Assembly (NCBI GenBank): GCA_965206675.1
Contig: CBDBKL010000006.1
Coordinates: forward strand, 75,834 to 139,833
Source of the DNA: Bdellovibrionales bacterium
Lineage (GTDB): Bacteria; Bdellovibrionota; Bdellovibrionia; Bdellovibrionales; JAKFYE01
Direction of reading: 5' to 3'
Length of the DNA: 64,000 nt
Below, in pieces: positions 47,179 to 54,718 of the stretch. The position numbers and the translations under genes are program-made. Numbering within the stretch: the stretch's first letter is position 1; the number at the start of each line of letters is the position of its first letter. Below the pieces are notes generated by a model. The model saw nothing but the letters and a program-made list of their open reading frames with translations. It ran no database searches and had not been told where the DNA came from.

Positions 47179-48179
47179 AGGAGCACGTCATGACAAATCT
47201 ACAAAAGCAATTCGAAAAGTTTCATCGTGAAATCAAAGTTGAAACTGAGGAGCTGAGAGAAAAAAGAGATATTATTATCAATAAAATTAAAGACTCTTTA
47301 AACAGAAATGGATGTCCGGTTCCTGAACTCTTTAACCAAGGGAGCTATATTTACGGGGTTGGGATAAAACCTATCTCAAATGAGCAGGAATATGACATAG
47401 ATGTTGGATTAATTTTTAACATTAGATCAGACGAATACTCAGCAAAAGAAGTTCGGATGTGGGTTTACGATGCTATTGGGGAGCATACCCAAAACGTAGA
47501 AGAAAAAGGACCTTGCATTAGAGTTCGATATCAAGCAGGATATCATGTTGATTTGATTTGCTATTCTCTAAGCACAGATTACGATGGGCATAGAAAATTC
47601 AAGTTTGCTCATAAGAGTGATGGTTGGAAAGAAGCTGATCCCGAAAAGCTCAAATCCTATATTAAGGAAGCTCGAAGACCATTTGAAAATAGTAGAGACT
47701 CAAGTGGTGTTGACCAACTTCAGCGTGTAGTGCGATATTTAAAGAGATGGAATGATAAGGCTTTGCCGGATGAATCTGAAGATAAACCCGTTGGGCTAGC
47801 ACTACTTCTTCTTTGCATAAAGCACTTGATTACACCTATATTTGACTCTGAGGGTAAAAGTAATGATTTAGAAGCACTAAGAACAATAATCGGTCAAATA
47901 AAATCTCTGTCAAGAATCTCTGTTAAAAAGCCAACTCCAGAATATGAAGATGTCTTCGAAAAAATTGGCAATGATGGTATGTTAAGTCTTATTGGGAGAT
48001 TTAAACAATTGGACGAATCTTTGTTTAATGCCCTCAATGAAAGTGATTTAGAAAAGGCATGTAAGATAATAAGATGTGAGTTTGGTAATGACTTCCCTCT
48101 TGAAAAAGACGAAGAAAAATCAGCAACGGTAGCTTCCATCATCGCTTCCGTTGAAGCTACGAAGCCTTATGCAAATTGA
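47175..48179 (+). CDS. cGAS/DncV-like nucleotidyltransferase (CD-NTase)
   Basis: 334 aa. NQGSYIYGVG (GS..G), EYDIDVGLIF (DxD) and GYHVDLICY (third acidic residue). The ATG at 47190, preceded by AAGGAG, is the more likely start; the 47175 ATG overlaps the patatin stop. Confidence 0.75.
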   Translation: MKEHVMTNLQKQFEKFHREIKVETEELREKRDIIINKIKDSLNRNGCPVPELFNQGSYIYGVGIKPISNEQEYDIDVGLIFNIRSDEYSAKEVRMWVYDAIGEHTQNVEEKGPCIRVRYQAGYHVDLICYSLSTDYDGHRKFKFAHKSDGWKEADPEKLKSYIKEARRPFENSRDSSGVDQLQRVVRYLKRWNDKALPDESEDKPVGLALLLLCIKHLITPIFDSEGKSNDLEALRTIIGQIKSLSRISVKKPTPEYEDVFEKIGNDGMLSLIGRFKQLDESLFNALNESDLEKACKIIRCEFGNDFPLEKDEEKSATVASIIASVEATKPYAN

Positions 48180-48903
48180 AATCAAGGATTTTATAAAAGA
48201 TACGGAAGAAGTTCGAAAAAAATTCCCCGGTCTTTACTACATGGTCGACACGCGAGAAATTCGTGGTAGGATTGTATTCCACTCTTATTATGAAAATGAA
48301 GGAACAGAGGATACTCCCTATTGGGTAATCAAGCCTGTTGAGGATAATAACCAAGTATTAGATTTGAAGGGTAATTATTCAATAAGAATATCCTTTTCGC
48401 AAAAGGATGACACTATTTCCATATATTTTGCAAAAGTTTATGAAACCCAAGGGCGCATCCGAGATACTGCAAGAAGAATGCGAAAACCTTTAAAAGACCT
48501 TCACCTTAATCAAGACAACGACAATAGTTGTTGTTTAGGTGTATTTGATAACCGTCCCTTGTCACTTTTAGAGTTCGTTGAAACAAGAATTTATCCTTAT
48601 TTAGTTTGGCAAGCGTATTATGACAAGTACGGGAAAACCCCTCCTTGTGGAGAGTGTCCTCACGAAAAAAATAAAGCATATGAAACCAGGCTTAATGAGG
48701 AGAGAAATAAGCGTGCATATTTAAACACTATCTCCCCTAAAGGAAGTAATCGAAACGTTCCTTGTCCTTGTGGTAGCCGTAAAAAATATAAAAAATGTTG
48801 CTGGAGAAAAAATAAAGAGAAAAAAGAGGAGATAGAGTTTAGAATAGATTTTTTTAGCAAGCAGCTAACAAATAAAAAACACCCTAGTGCAAACGCTGAA
48901 TGA
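48151..48903 (+). CDS. E2 (UBC)-like protein with C-terminal SEC-C zinc motif (candidate Cap2-short)
   Basis: 250 aa; the likely start is the ATG at 48169, overlapping the CD-NTase stop. LKDLHLNQDNDNSCCLGVF resembles the E2 HPN-x7-C-L active-site loop, with the same His-to-Cys spacing as UbcH5 as I recall it. C-terminal CGEC and VPCPCGSRKKYKKCCW (SEC-C motif). Confidence 0.45.
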   Translation: MKLRSLMQIEIKDFIKDTEEVRKKFPGLYYMVDTREIRGRIVFHSYYENEGTEDTPYWVIKPVEDNNQVLDLKGNYSIRISFSQKDDTISIYFAKVYETQGRIRDTARRMRKPLKDLHLNQDNDNSCCLGVFDNRPLSLLEFVETRIYPYLVWQAYYDKYGKTPPCGECPHEKNKAYETRLNEERNKRAYLNTISPKGSNRNVPCPCGSRKKYKKCCWRKNKEKKEEIEFRIDFFSKQLTNKKHPSANAE

Positions 48904-49103
48904 ATAGAAAGAGAAAAGAGGTGGGTTTATTATTAGAGATTTATAAAGTTGGAGAGGGGGCTTGTAATTTTATTGACAATCCCAGAAAACCACAGCATAC
49001 TGCTTAGGTACAGCTAAAGATTCTCGAATTTTTGATCTGTAGCTAAGCAAAATCAGGTAGATGACTCATTCCAAATTGTCTCCACCAAATGATTTGGTCC
49101 ATT

Positions 49104-49150
49104 CCGGACACATGGTTTACACTTTATACCGGAGACATAGTTTACACTTT
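49104..49150 (+). repeat. Two 22-nt direct repeats
   Basis: CCGGACACATGGTTTACACTTT (49104..49125) and CCGGAGACATAGTTTACACTTT (49129..49150), 20 of 22 identical. Preceded by the palindrome ACCAAAT-G-ATTTGGT (49084..49098). Upstream of the methyltransferase gene. Confidence 0.75.
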
Positions 49151-49225
49151 TAAAGATCCCAATTTGATAAGCAAACTGAACAGATATGTGATATCCGTAG
49201 ATCTGAAAAAAATGAGTATGCAAAA

Positions 49226-49936
49226 ATGAATAGACTAAATTTGGTAAACCGACGAAAAGAGAAAATCATGAACGTTCAAGACAATCAAACGGGCTACAAC
49301 ATATGGGCCTCTTTTTACGATGAATACCCTAACCCCACGGTCGCTATTGATGAATTATCTTTTCCGCAAGTTTACTCCCATGAAACAAAAAAGAGAGCGT
49401 TGGAGATTGGATGCGGTACGGGCCGCCACACATTACGTCTTCTTAAGAATGCAAACCATGTCACGGCTATTGATATTTCCAAAGGCATGCTTGAAAAAGC
49501 TAAGCAAAAAACATCCAGTTACTCTGAAGTTCATTTTCTTTTGGGCGATTTTCTAACCACTGAATTTAAAAATCCTCCGTTTGACTTTCTTGTGATGAGC
49601 CTGGTTCTAGAACATATTTCTAACCTTACATCCTTTTTCAAAAAAGCTCGGAGCCTAGTGAAAGAGGGTGGTCATTTTTACTTCTCTGAAATACATCCAA
49701 AAAGAGGAGTTCTTGCACACTTTAAAAGTCCAAGTGGAGAAGAAGTTTACCTTTCAAGCTCACCCCACACCGAAGAAGAGATCTTTTCTTCTGCTACAAC
49801 GAATGGATTCACGGTTCAAGAGGTGCGTTCTGTCTTTGGACGTCCAGAGCTTGTAAAGCAAAACAGCAAATGGGCAAAGTATGAAAACACGCCCATGATT
49901 CAAATCTGGAACCTCCGCTCCGAGAGAACTAAATGA
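49226..49936 (+). CDS. Class I SAM-dependent methyltransferase (small-molecule type)
   Basis: 236 aa; SAM motif ALEIGCGTGRHTLRL, then AIDISKGML. The ATG at 49268 is an alternative start. Confidence 0.8.
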   Translation: MNRLNLVNRRKEKIMNVQDNQTGYNIWASFYDEYPNPTVAIDELSFPQVYSHETKKRALEIGCGTGRHTLRLLKNANHVTAIDISKGMLEKAKQKTSSYSEVHFLLGDFLTTEFKNPPFDFLVMSLVLEHISNLTSFFKKARSLVKEGGHFYFSEIHPKRGVLAHFKSPSGEEVYLSSSPHTEEEIFSSATTNGFTVQEVRSVFGRPELVKQNSKWAKYENTPMIQIWNLRSERTK

Positions 49937-49983
49937 CAACCCATAAGATCTTGTATAAGAGATCCTATCCACAAAAAGATCCC

Positions 49984-50325
49984 TTATTTATCTAGAAATA
50001 AAGTTACTGATTTTTCTATACATTCAGCAACCGCCCTACGTTTAGCTTTTTCAATAAACTTAGCCTTTCTTACTTTCCAATCAAGACTTTTTAAATGATC
50101 TGCCAATGCAACTCCATTAATCTTCTTACCCTTAATTAATACTTCAAACGGATAACCCTTGGTATGAGAGGTAATAGGACAACAAATGGCAAGATGAGTT
50201 TTTTTATTGTAACTTTTGGGCGAAATGACAATAGCCGGTCGCTTTCCTTTTTGTTCACGTCCTATTTGTGGAGAAAAATTTAACCAGATCAAATCACCCC
50301 TATTGGGAACATAAGACATCACCAA
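49984..50325 (-). CDS. mazF: MazF/PemK-family endoribonuclease toxin
   Basis: 113 aa. PNRGDLIWLNFSPQIGREQKGKRPAIVISP is the family signature. Overlaps the upstream antitoxin gene. Confidence 0.9.
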   Translation of the reverse strand: MVMSYVPNRGDLIWLNFSPQIGREQKGKRPAIVISPKSYNKKTHLAICCPITSHTKGYPFEVLIKGKKINGVALADHLKSLDWKVRKAKFIEKAKRRAVAECIEKSVTLFLDK

Positions 50326-50552
50326 ACCTCTCGACCTTGAGGAGGAAAGTCAGTCGTTGTGTGTAAATTATCTTCTGTCACTTCATCTAAAAGATCACTC
50401 AGCTTAAGCTTTTTTTGAGATGGGAAAATGATAATTTTTCCATCTCTATGTTCAATCGTTACTGGAACATCAGCGGACAAACGAGCTTGCTCAATAATCG
50501 TCTTAGGTATTCTAACACCAATTGAATTTCCCCATTTTTGCAGTTTGGCCAC
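50319..50552 (-). CDS. mazE: MazE/AbrB-fold antitoxin
   Basis: SpoVT/AbrB motif AKLQKWGNSIGVRIPKTII. The GTG at 50552 is preceded by AAGGAGG, so the track start at 50594 is probably too early. Confidence 0.85.
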   Translation of the reverse strand: MAKLQKWGNSIGVRIPKTIIEQARLSADVPVTIEHRDGKIIIFPSQKKLKLSDLLDEVTEDNLHTTTDFPPQGREVW

Positions 50553-50731
50553 ACCAAGCCTCCTTTTAAAGAAGTATATACAATATATAAACATCTGTCA
50601 AAAATTATATAGCCCTGATTAAGTGTCTAGCTATAAAAACTTGTTATTTAAGCTACCTCGAAAAATTTATAGTCAACTGAACCACCTCGTAAACCCATAG
50701 TCATTAACTGAATATCCCTCTATCAAATAAA

Positions 50732-51454
50732 TTATGTACACTTTTTACATGCATCATGGTTAAAGTGTCCACATTCCTCTGGACAATTGAATAAAACATG
50801 TTCACCCGTTGTCCATACATAAAGCCCATGTCCATAAAAACTAAAAGAATCATCTTTTAAAGTGTATATATCAACCGTTCTATGAGTTGAATATCCTGTA
50901 TCTGTTTTTAATACGGCAAACTCAGGATATCCATCATTGTTCAAATCTTTCCAATAGATACCCTTTCTTATTTTCACAAAAACCACCTCTTTCCAAAACG
51001 GATCATAACCTTCATTCTCTACTTTCATCTCCTGTAAAACTTTACTGCCAGATTTTAAAATCAAAAGATGATGTCCTATTGGTAATCTAGCCCCATCAGG
51101 AAAATGTTCTACTCCGAAGAAAAACCTTTTAATCTCTAAAGTTCTGTTGTCCATTGGTTGAATTTTTGAAAGACCACAGGCCACATGTAGGTAATCAATA
51201 GTTGCCTTTATCCCCTTTTTTTCATCTTCTGGCGTACAGTAAATTTTTTTATATTCCTCTTTGCTGGGAGGAGGGTTCGCTTCAGAGTATACTTCATAAC
51301 TTTCTTCATCAGCTTCTGGTGAAAAAGTATGGTCTCTATTATAAGCAGTAGGAGTTATATGACGACAGGAAATAAACCCTATAGTTATAAAAACAATCAC
51401 TATGAACTTACTGATTAAGTGTTTCATTATAATATCTATACACTTTTTTGACAT
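50732..51454 (-). CDS. Hypothetical exported protein, possible lipoprotein
   Basis: Hydrophobic leader KHLISKFIVIVFITIGFISC with a lipobox-like FISC. C-terminal Cys-rich tail (CPEECGHFNHDACKKC). Start ambiguous (51427, 51454 or 51520). Overlaps the end of the transglycosylase gene. Confidence 0.55.
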   Translation of the reverse strand: MSKKCIDIIMKHLISKFIVIVFITIGFISCRHITPTAYNRDHTFSPEADEESYEVYSEANPPPSKEEYKKIYCTPEDEKKGIKATIDYLHVACGLSKIQPMDNRTLEIKRFFFGVEHFPDGARLPIGHHLLILKSGSKVLQEMKVENEGYDPFWKEVVFVKIRKGIYWKDLNNDGYPEFAVLKTDTGYSTHRTVDIYTLKDDSFSFYGHGLYVWTTGEHVLFNCPEECGHFNHDACKKCT

Positions 51455-52097
51455 GCTTTTCCCCTTCTTTATCCCAAGAATGATAATATTTAAAACCATT
51501 GAATATATTTTTTGAAACATCTTTTGATTTGTATCTTTTGGGAAGCCATTTTATTTTATGACCTAACCATCGAATGCCTGTAGCTATATTAACTAGAGGG
51601 TCTAAACGCTCGTCCCTTTCTAAGTAAATTGGATGATCTCTGACTTCGATGTAACCAGTACGGTCTGGATTCCCTCTAAGAGTTTTTAATGTACTACCTG
51701 TTAATTGCATTAACCCTGTAGCTGTACTTTTAGGGTCACTAGTTCTCACCCCTGGACGAAAGCTCGATTCAGCAGCAATGAGAGCTTTAACAAGTAAAGG
51801 ATCAACTTGTTTATGTAATTCTTTTTTATTTTTCCAGTATTCTGTCCAAAACTGAATCATAGGGTCATATTGATGAAACCCTTTAAATCCTTTGATAGCT
51901 GGTAATTTAGGATAATTTTTTGGCCCACTGGAATAATAAATATGCCTTAAATTAGAAGCGTGCAATAATTTTTCTTTTCCCTTGGGGTTTTTCCTACAAT
52001 GTGCAGAAACAGGGGCAATGCCACTCTTTTTGGTTCTGCGAGTGTGATCTTTGACATAATGTTCGCCTATAGGACAAGAGGGGTTACGTAACACCAT
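51408..52097 (-). CDS. Lytic transglycosylase (SLT domain)
   Basis: 229 aa. ALIAAESSFRPG with the catalytic Glu-Ser, followed by ATGLMQLT. Confidence 0.85.
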   Translation of the reverse strand: MVLRNPSCPIGEHYVKDHTRRTKKSGIAPVSAHCRKNPKGKEKLLHASNLRHIYYSSGPKNYPKLPAIKGFKGFHQYDPMIQFWTEYWKNKKELHKQVDPLLVKALIAAESSFRPGVRTSDPKSTATGLMQLTGSTLKTLRGNPDRTGYIEVRDHPIYLERDERLDPLVNIATGIRWLGHKIKWLPKRYKSKDVSKNIFNGFKYYHSWDKEGEKHVKKVYRYYNETLNQ

Positions 52098-52162
52098 AAT
52101 TTTCCTTTAATGAAGTTTTATAACTAACACAGAATGATTAAATTGCGAATTCTTTTTATGAT

Positions 52163-52410
52163 AAATTTTTTATGAATAAAAATTAAAACTATTCTTACTT
52201 TCTAATTATTATGTCCGGTTTTCGGACAATCCGGACATTTTAAATATCCGGACACCAAAAATCTTATTTTTATAAAATTAAAGAAAATGGTACTTAATTC
52301 TAATAAAATTTTTATGAATATAAATTAAAATCATTCTTGTTTTGCTAATTATTATGTCCGATTTTCGGACAATCCAAATGTTTCAGACAGTCTAGGACAT
52401 TTCAAATATA
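52163..52410. repeat. Two imperfect direct repeat units about 143 nt apart (each roughly 85-100 nt), each carrying a TGTCCG-N5-CGGACA palindrome
   Basis: Unit 1 starts about 52163 and unit 2 about 52306. They share TTTTTATGAATA.AAATTAAAA..ATTCTT..TT..CTAATTATTATGTCCG.TTTTCGGACAATCC. Palindromes at 52212..52228 and 52365..52381. Extra CCGGACA half-sites at 52231 and 52248. Confidence 0.8.
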
Positions 52411-52516
52411 AAATAGGATAATCTTCCAAAGATTTGATTTGAAAGGTTCTTCTAGAAAACCTTTATAATTTTATTTGTTGAAATCTTCAAAAAATTAATT
52501 TAGATTATCCCCCTAT

Positions 52517-52762
52517 ATGGGAAATTCATGTACAAAATGTAATCGCTGTCTTATGCCTTTTAAAAATGACCCTGGTCAAAGAGAATCCGACCAATATTGT
52601 AGTTATTGCTTTAAAAATGGAGAATTTGTTTACAAAGGCAATGATGTTAATGAATTTAAGAAATACTGTTATGAAGCCATGATAAATCAAGGCATGAATA
52701 AATATTTAGCCAAACTTTACACCTTTATGATCTCCTTTGCCCCTGACTGGAAGAAAAAGTAA
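52517..52762 (+). CDS. Small zinc-ribbon domain protein
   Basis: 81 aa with CTKCNRC ... CSYC, resembling the 'putative zinc ribbon domain' small proteins. Confidence 0.6.
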   Translation: MGNSCTKCNRCLMPFKNDPGQRESDQYCSYCFKNGEFVYKGNDVNEFKKYCYEAMINQGMNKYLAKLYTFMISFAPDWKKK

Positions 52763-52948
52763 TTATCTTTGCAGACTGATATACTCATTATTTGCAGTTA
52801 CAGGTAATCTAGCAAGTTAGTTTTGGCCCATCATAGTTCTTATCTCCCAACTATTGTAATTGATTGTTTTTCCAACACTTTTTAGTATTTCACCACTGAA
52901 AGTTTTAATGCTTGGAATCGCCTTATTTTTAGTATATACTGAAAATAA

Positions 52949-53242
52949 GTAAAATTTGAATGGGATGAAAGTAAAGCTACAAAAAACTTAAACAAACATG
53001 GGATTAGCTTTTTTCTAGCCATGACTGTTTTTGATGACCCATTTGCCTTGATAGCTCCAGATGACAAACATTCAAGTCATACTGAAAAGCGAGAATGGAT
53101 TATTGGAAAGTCAGATAAAGGCATCCTTGTTGTTGTTTTCACTAAACGGCTTTACGGGCGCACTTACCGTATTATTAGTGCTCGTAAAGCGAATAAGAAG
53201 GAGAAAGAAACTTATGAAAAGTACAAAAGAATTCCCCTTTAA
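52949..53242 (+). CDS. brnT: BrnT-family toxin; homology extends upstream of any canonical start codon
   Basis: The frame reads (V)KFEWDESKATKNLNKHGISFFLAMTVFDDPFAL...RIISARKANKKEKETYE, the BrnT signature. The first ATG is at 53021. An in-frame TAA at 52946 is followed by GTA. Confidence 0.65.
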   Translation, partial: VKFEWDESKATKNLNKHGISFFLAMTVFDDPFALIAPDDKHSSHTEKREWIIGKSDKGILVVVFTKRLYGRTYRIISARKANKKEKETYEKYKRIPL

Positions 53243-53480
53243 AAAAGCAAGAAGAATTACACTAAAAGAAACCTCAGCCGCTAAAAAAGCAATTGAAGCA
53301 AAAACTGGAAAGAAGCGTAAAATAAGAGGACGTCCAATAAAATTAGAAGAAGAGAAATATGTGCCAACTTCAATCAGACTTCACCCCCAAATTTTAAAAT
53401 GGGCTAAGAGCGAAGCCAAAAAAAGAAAAATTGGCTACCAAAGTGTTATCAATGAAATATTGCTTAAAAAATCTATGTGA
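53214..53480 (+). CDS. brnA: BrnA-family antitoxin
   Basis: 88 aa from the ATG at 53214. RGRPIKLEEEKYVPTSIRLHPQILKWAKSEAKKRKIGYQSVINEILLK matches the BrnA pattern (RGRP...IRLD...GxGYQTLIN). Overlaps the brnT stop. Confidence 0.85.
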   Translation: MKSTKEFPFKKARRITLKETSAAKKAIEAKTGKKRKIRGRPIKLEEEKYVPTSIRLHPQILKWAKSEAKKRKIGYQSVINEILLKKSM

Positions 53481-53521
53481 CCTGTGATAGATTCATTTTA
53501 AACTTATAACTAGGACGTACA

Positions 53522-54667
53522 ATGGCTCGCTATATTTTTATCACAAGCTATTTTTTATTCTTATTCATCACTGCCTATTACATCTATTGTTCTATCTCCC
53601 AACTCATGAACAAAAAAAATAAAAAACTACTCTATCTGCTTTATGGCTTCATATTTGGAATCATTCTTTTTCAACTCAATTTTAGACTAAACGAATCTTT
53701 CTCTCAATCCCCATGGCTTCCAATTCTTGCCAATATCATCTATGGCTTGATGGGATTCCTAGGCACTCTACTCGTCTTTTTAATCTTTAAAGATCTCGTA
53801 AGGATTCTATCCAAATTAACGAAACAAACATCAAAAATAAACACCCAACGACGTGACTTTTTCAAAACATCTGCTCTTTGGGGTATTGGAGGAAGCGGAA
53901 CTCTCATTAGCAGCGTCGGTTTCTATCAAGCACAAACTCCCAACATGGAAACCGTCCAAATCCCTTTACCTCGCCTACCTCAGATCTTTGACAGAACCAC
54001 CATCGTGCAAATCTCTGATTTACACATCGGACCAACTATCGGAAGAAAATACACCGAAGAAGTTGTTGAAAAAACCAATTATGAACAACCCGATTTTATT
54101 GCCGTCACTGGAGATCTTATTGACGGCAGAGTTAAACACTTAAAGGAAAAAACAGCACCTCTCAAAAATCTAAGAGCAAAATACGGTGTGTTTTATGTCA
54201 CTGGAAATCACGAATTCTATTGGAATGCAGAAGAATGGGTTTCTTACTTAGAAAATGAACTCAACATGAAAGCCTTACGTAACACACATGTGGTTTTTGA
54301 GCGAGAAAATCAACGCTTAGTTCTGGCTGGTGCAGAAGATCTCACTTTAGGGTCAGATCCCCTCAAAGCCAGCGAAGGAAGCTCACCAGACGACTTTAAA
54401 CTCCTGTTAGCCCACCAACCCCGAAGTTGTTATAAGGCCAAAGAAGCTGGCTTTGACTATATGATTTGTGGACACACTCACGGCGGACAGTACTATCCTA
54501 TGGCATGGCTGGTTTACTTGTTTCAACCCTATGTCAAAGGACTTTACAATCATGAAGGCATGCAGCTTTATGTTTCTAAAGGGGCTGGTTATTGGGGACC
54601 TCCCAATCGCTTTGGGGTTAAAAATGAAATCACTAAACACATTCTAAGATCAACCTCCCATCTTTAA
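53522..54667 (+). CDS. Membrane-anchored metallophosphoesterase (YaeI-like)
   Basis: 381 aa. N-terminal transmembrane helices, then QISDLHIGP, VTGDLIDG, YVTGNHEF and CGHTHGGQ. Confidence 0.88.
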   Translation: MARYIFITSYFLFLFITAYYIYCSISQLMNKKNKKLLYLLYGFIFGIILFQLNFRLNESFSQSPWLPILANIIYGLMGFLGTLLVFLIFKDLVRILSKLTKQTSKINTQRRDFFKTSALWGIGGSGTLISSVGFYQAQTPNMETVQIPLPRLPQIFDRTTIVQISDLHIGPTIGRKYTEEVVEKTNYEQPDFIAVTGDLIDGRVKHLKEKTAPLKNLRAKYGVFYVTGNHEFYWNAEEWVSYLENELNMKALRNTHVVFERENQRLVLAGAEDLTLGSDPLKASEGSSPDDFKLLLAHQPRSCYKAKEAGFDYMICGHTHGGQYYPMAWLVYLFQPYVKGLYNHEGMQLYVSKGAGYWGPPNRFGVKNEITKHILRSTSHL

Positions 54668-54718
54668 TAAACAAAAACTCATTGATATTAGAAAACTCTA
54701 CGTTTATAAAACAAAGAA

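Noticed and set aside
49078-49100. TCTCCACCAAATG matching the tRNA-Ala 3' end (GCTCCACCATTCC), considered as the right-hand att site of the recombinase-borne island
   Set aside because: Only 8 nt are shared. Serine recombinases do not generate long direct repeats, and the half-site symmetry expected of attR was not convincing when I compared it by eye.
49104-52254. Interpreting the CCGGACA-containing repeats as Tn7-like transposon ends
   Set aside because: There are no tnsA/B/C-like genes, no terminal TGT...ACA ends that I could define, and no target duplication. They are kept only as unexplained repeat arrays.
53061-53213. The N-terminal 51 codons of the 139-aa track ORF (53061..53480)
   Set aside because: This part overlaps brnT in another frame and has no BrnA similarity. 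The conserved antitoxin sequence starts at the ATG at 53214.
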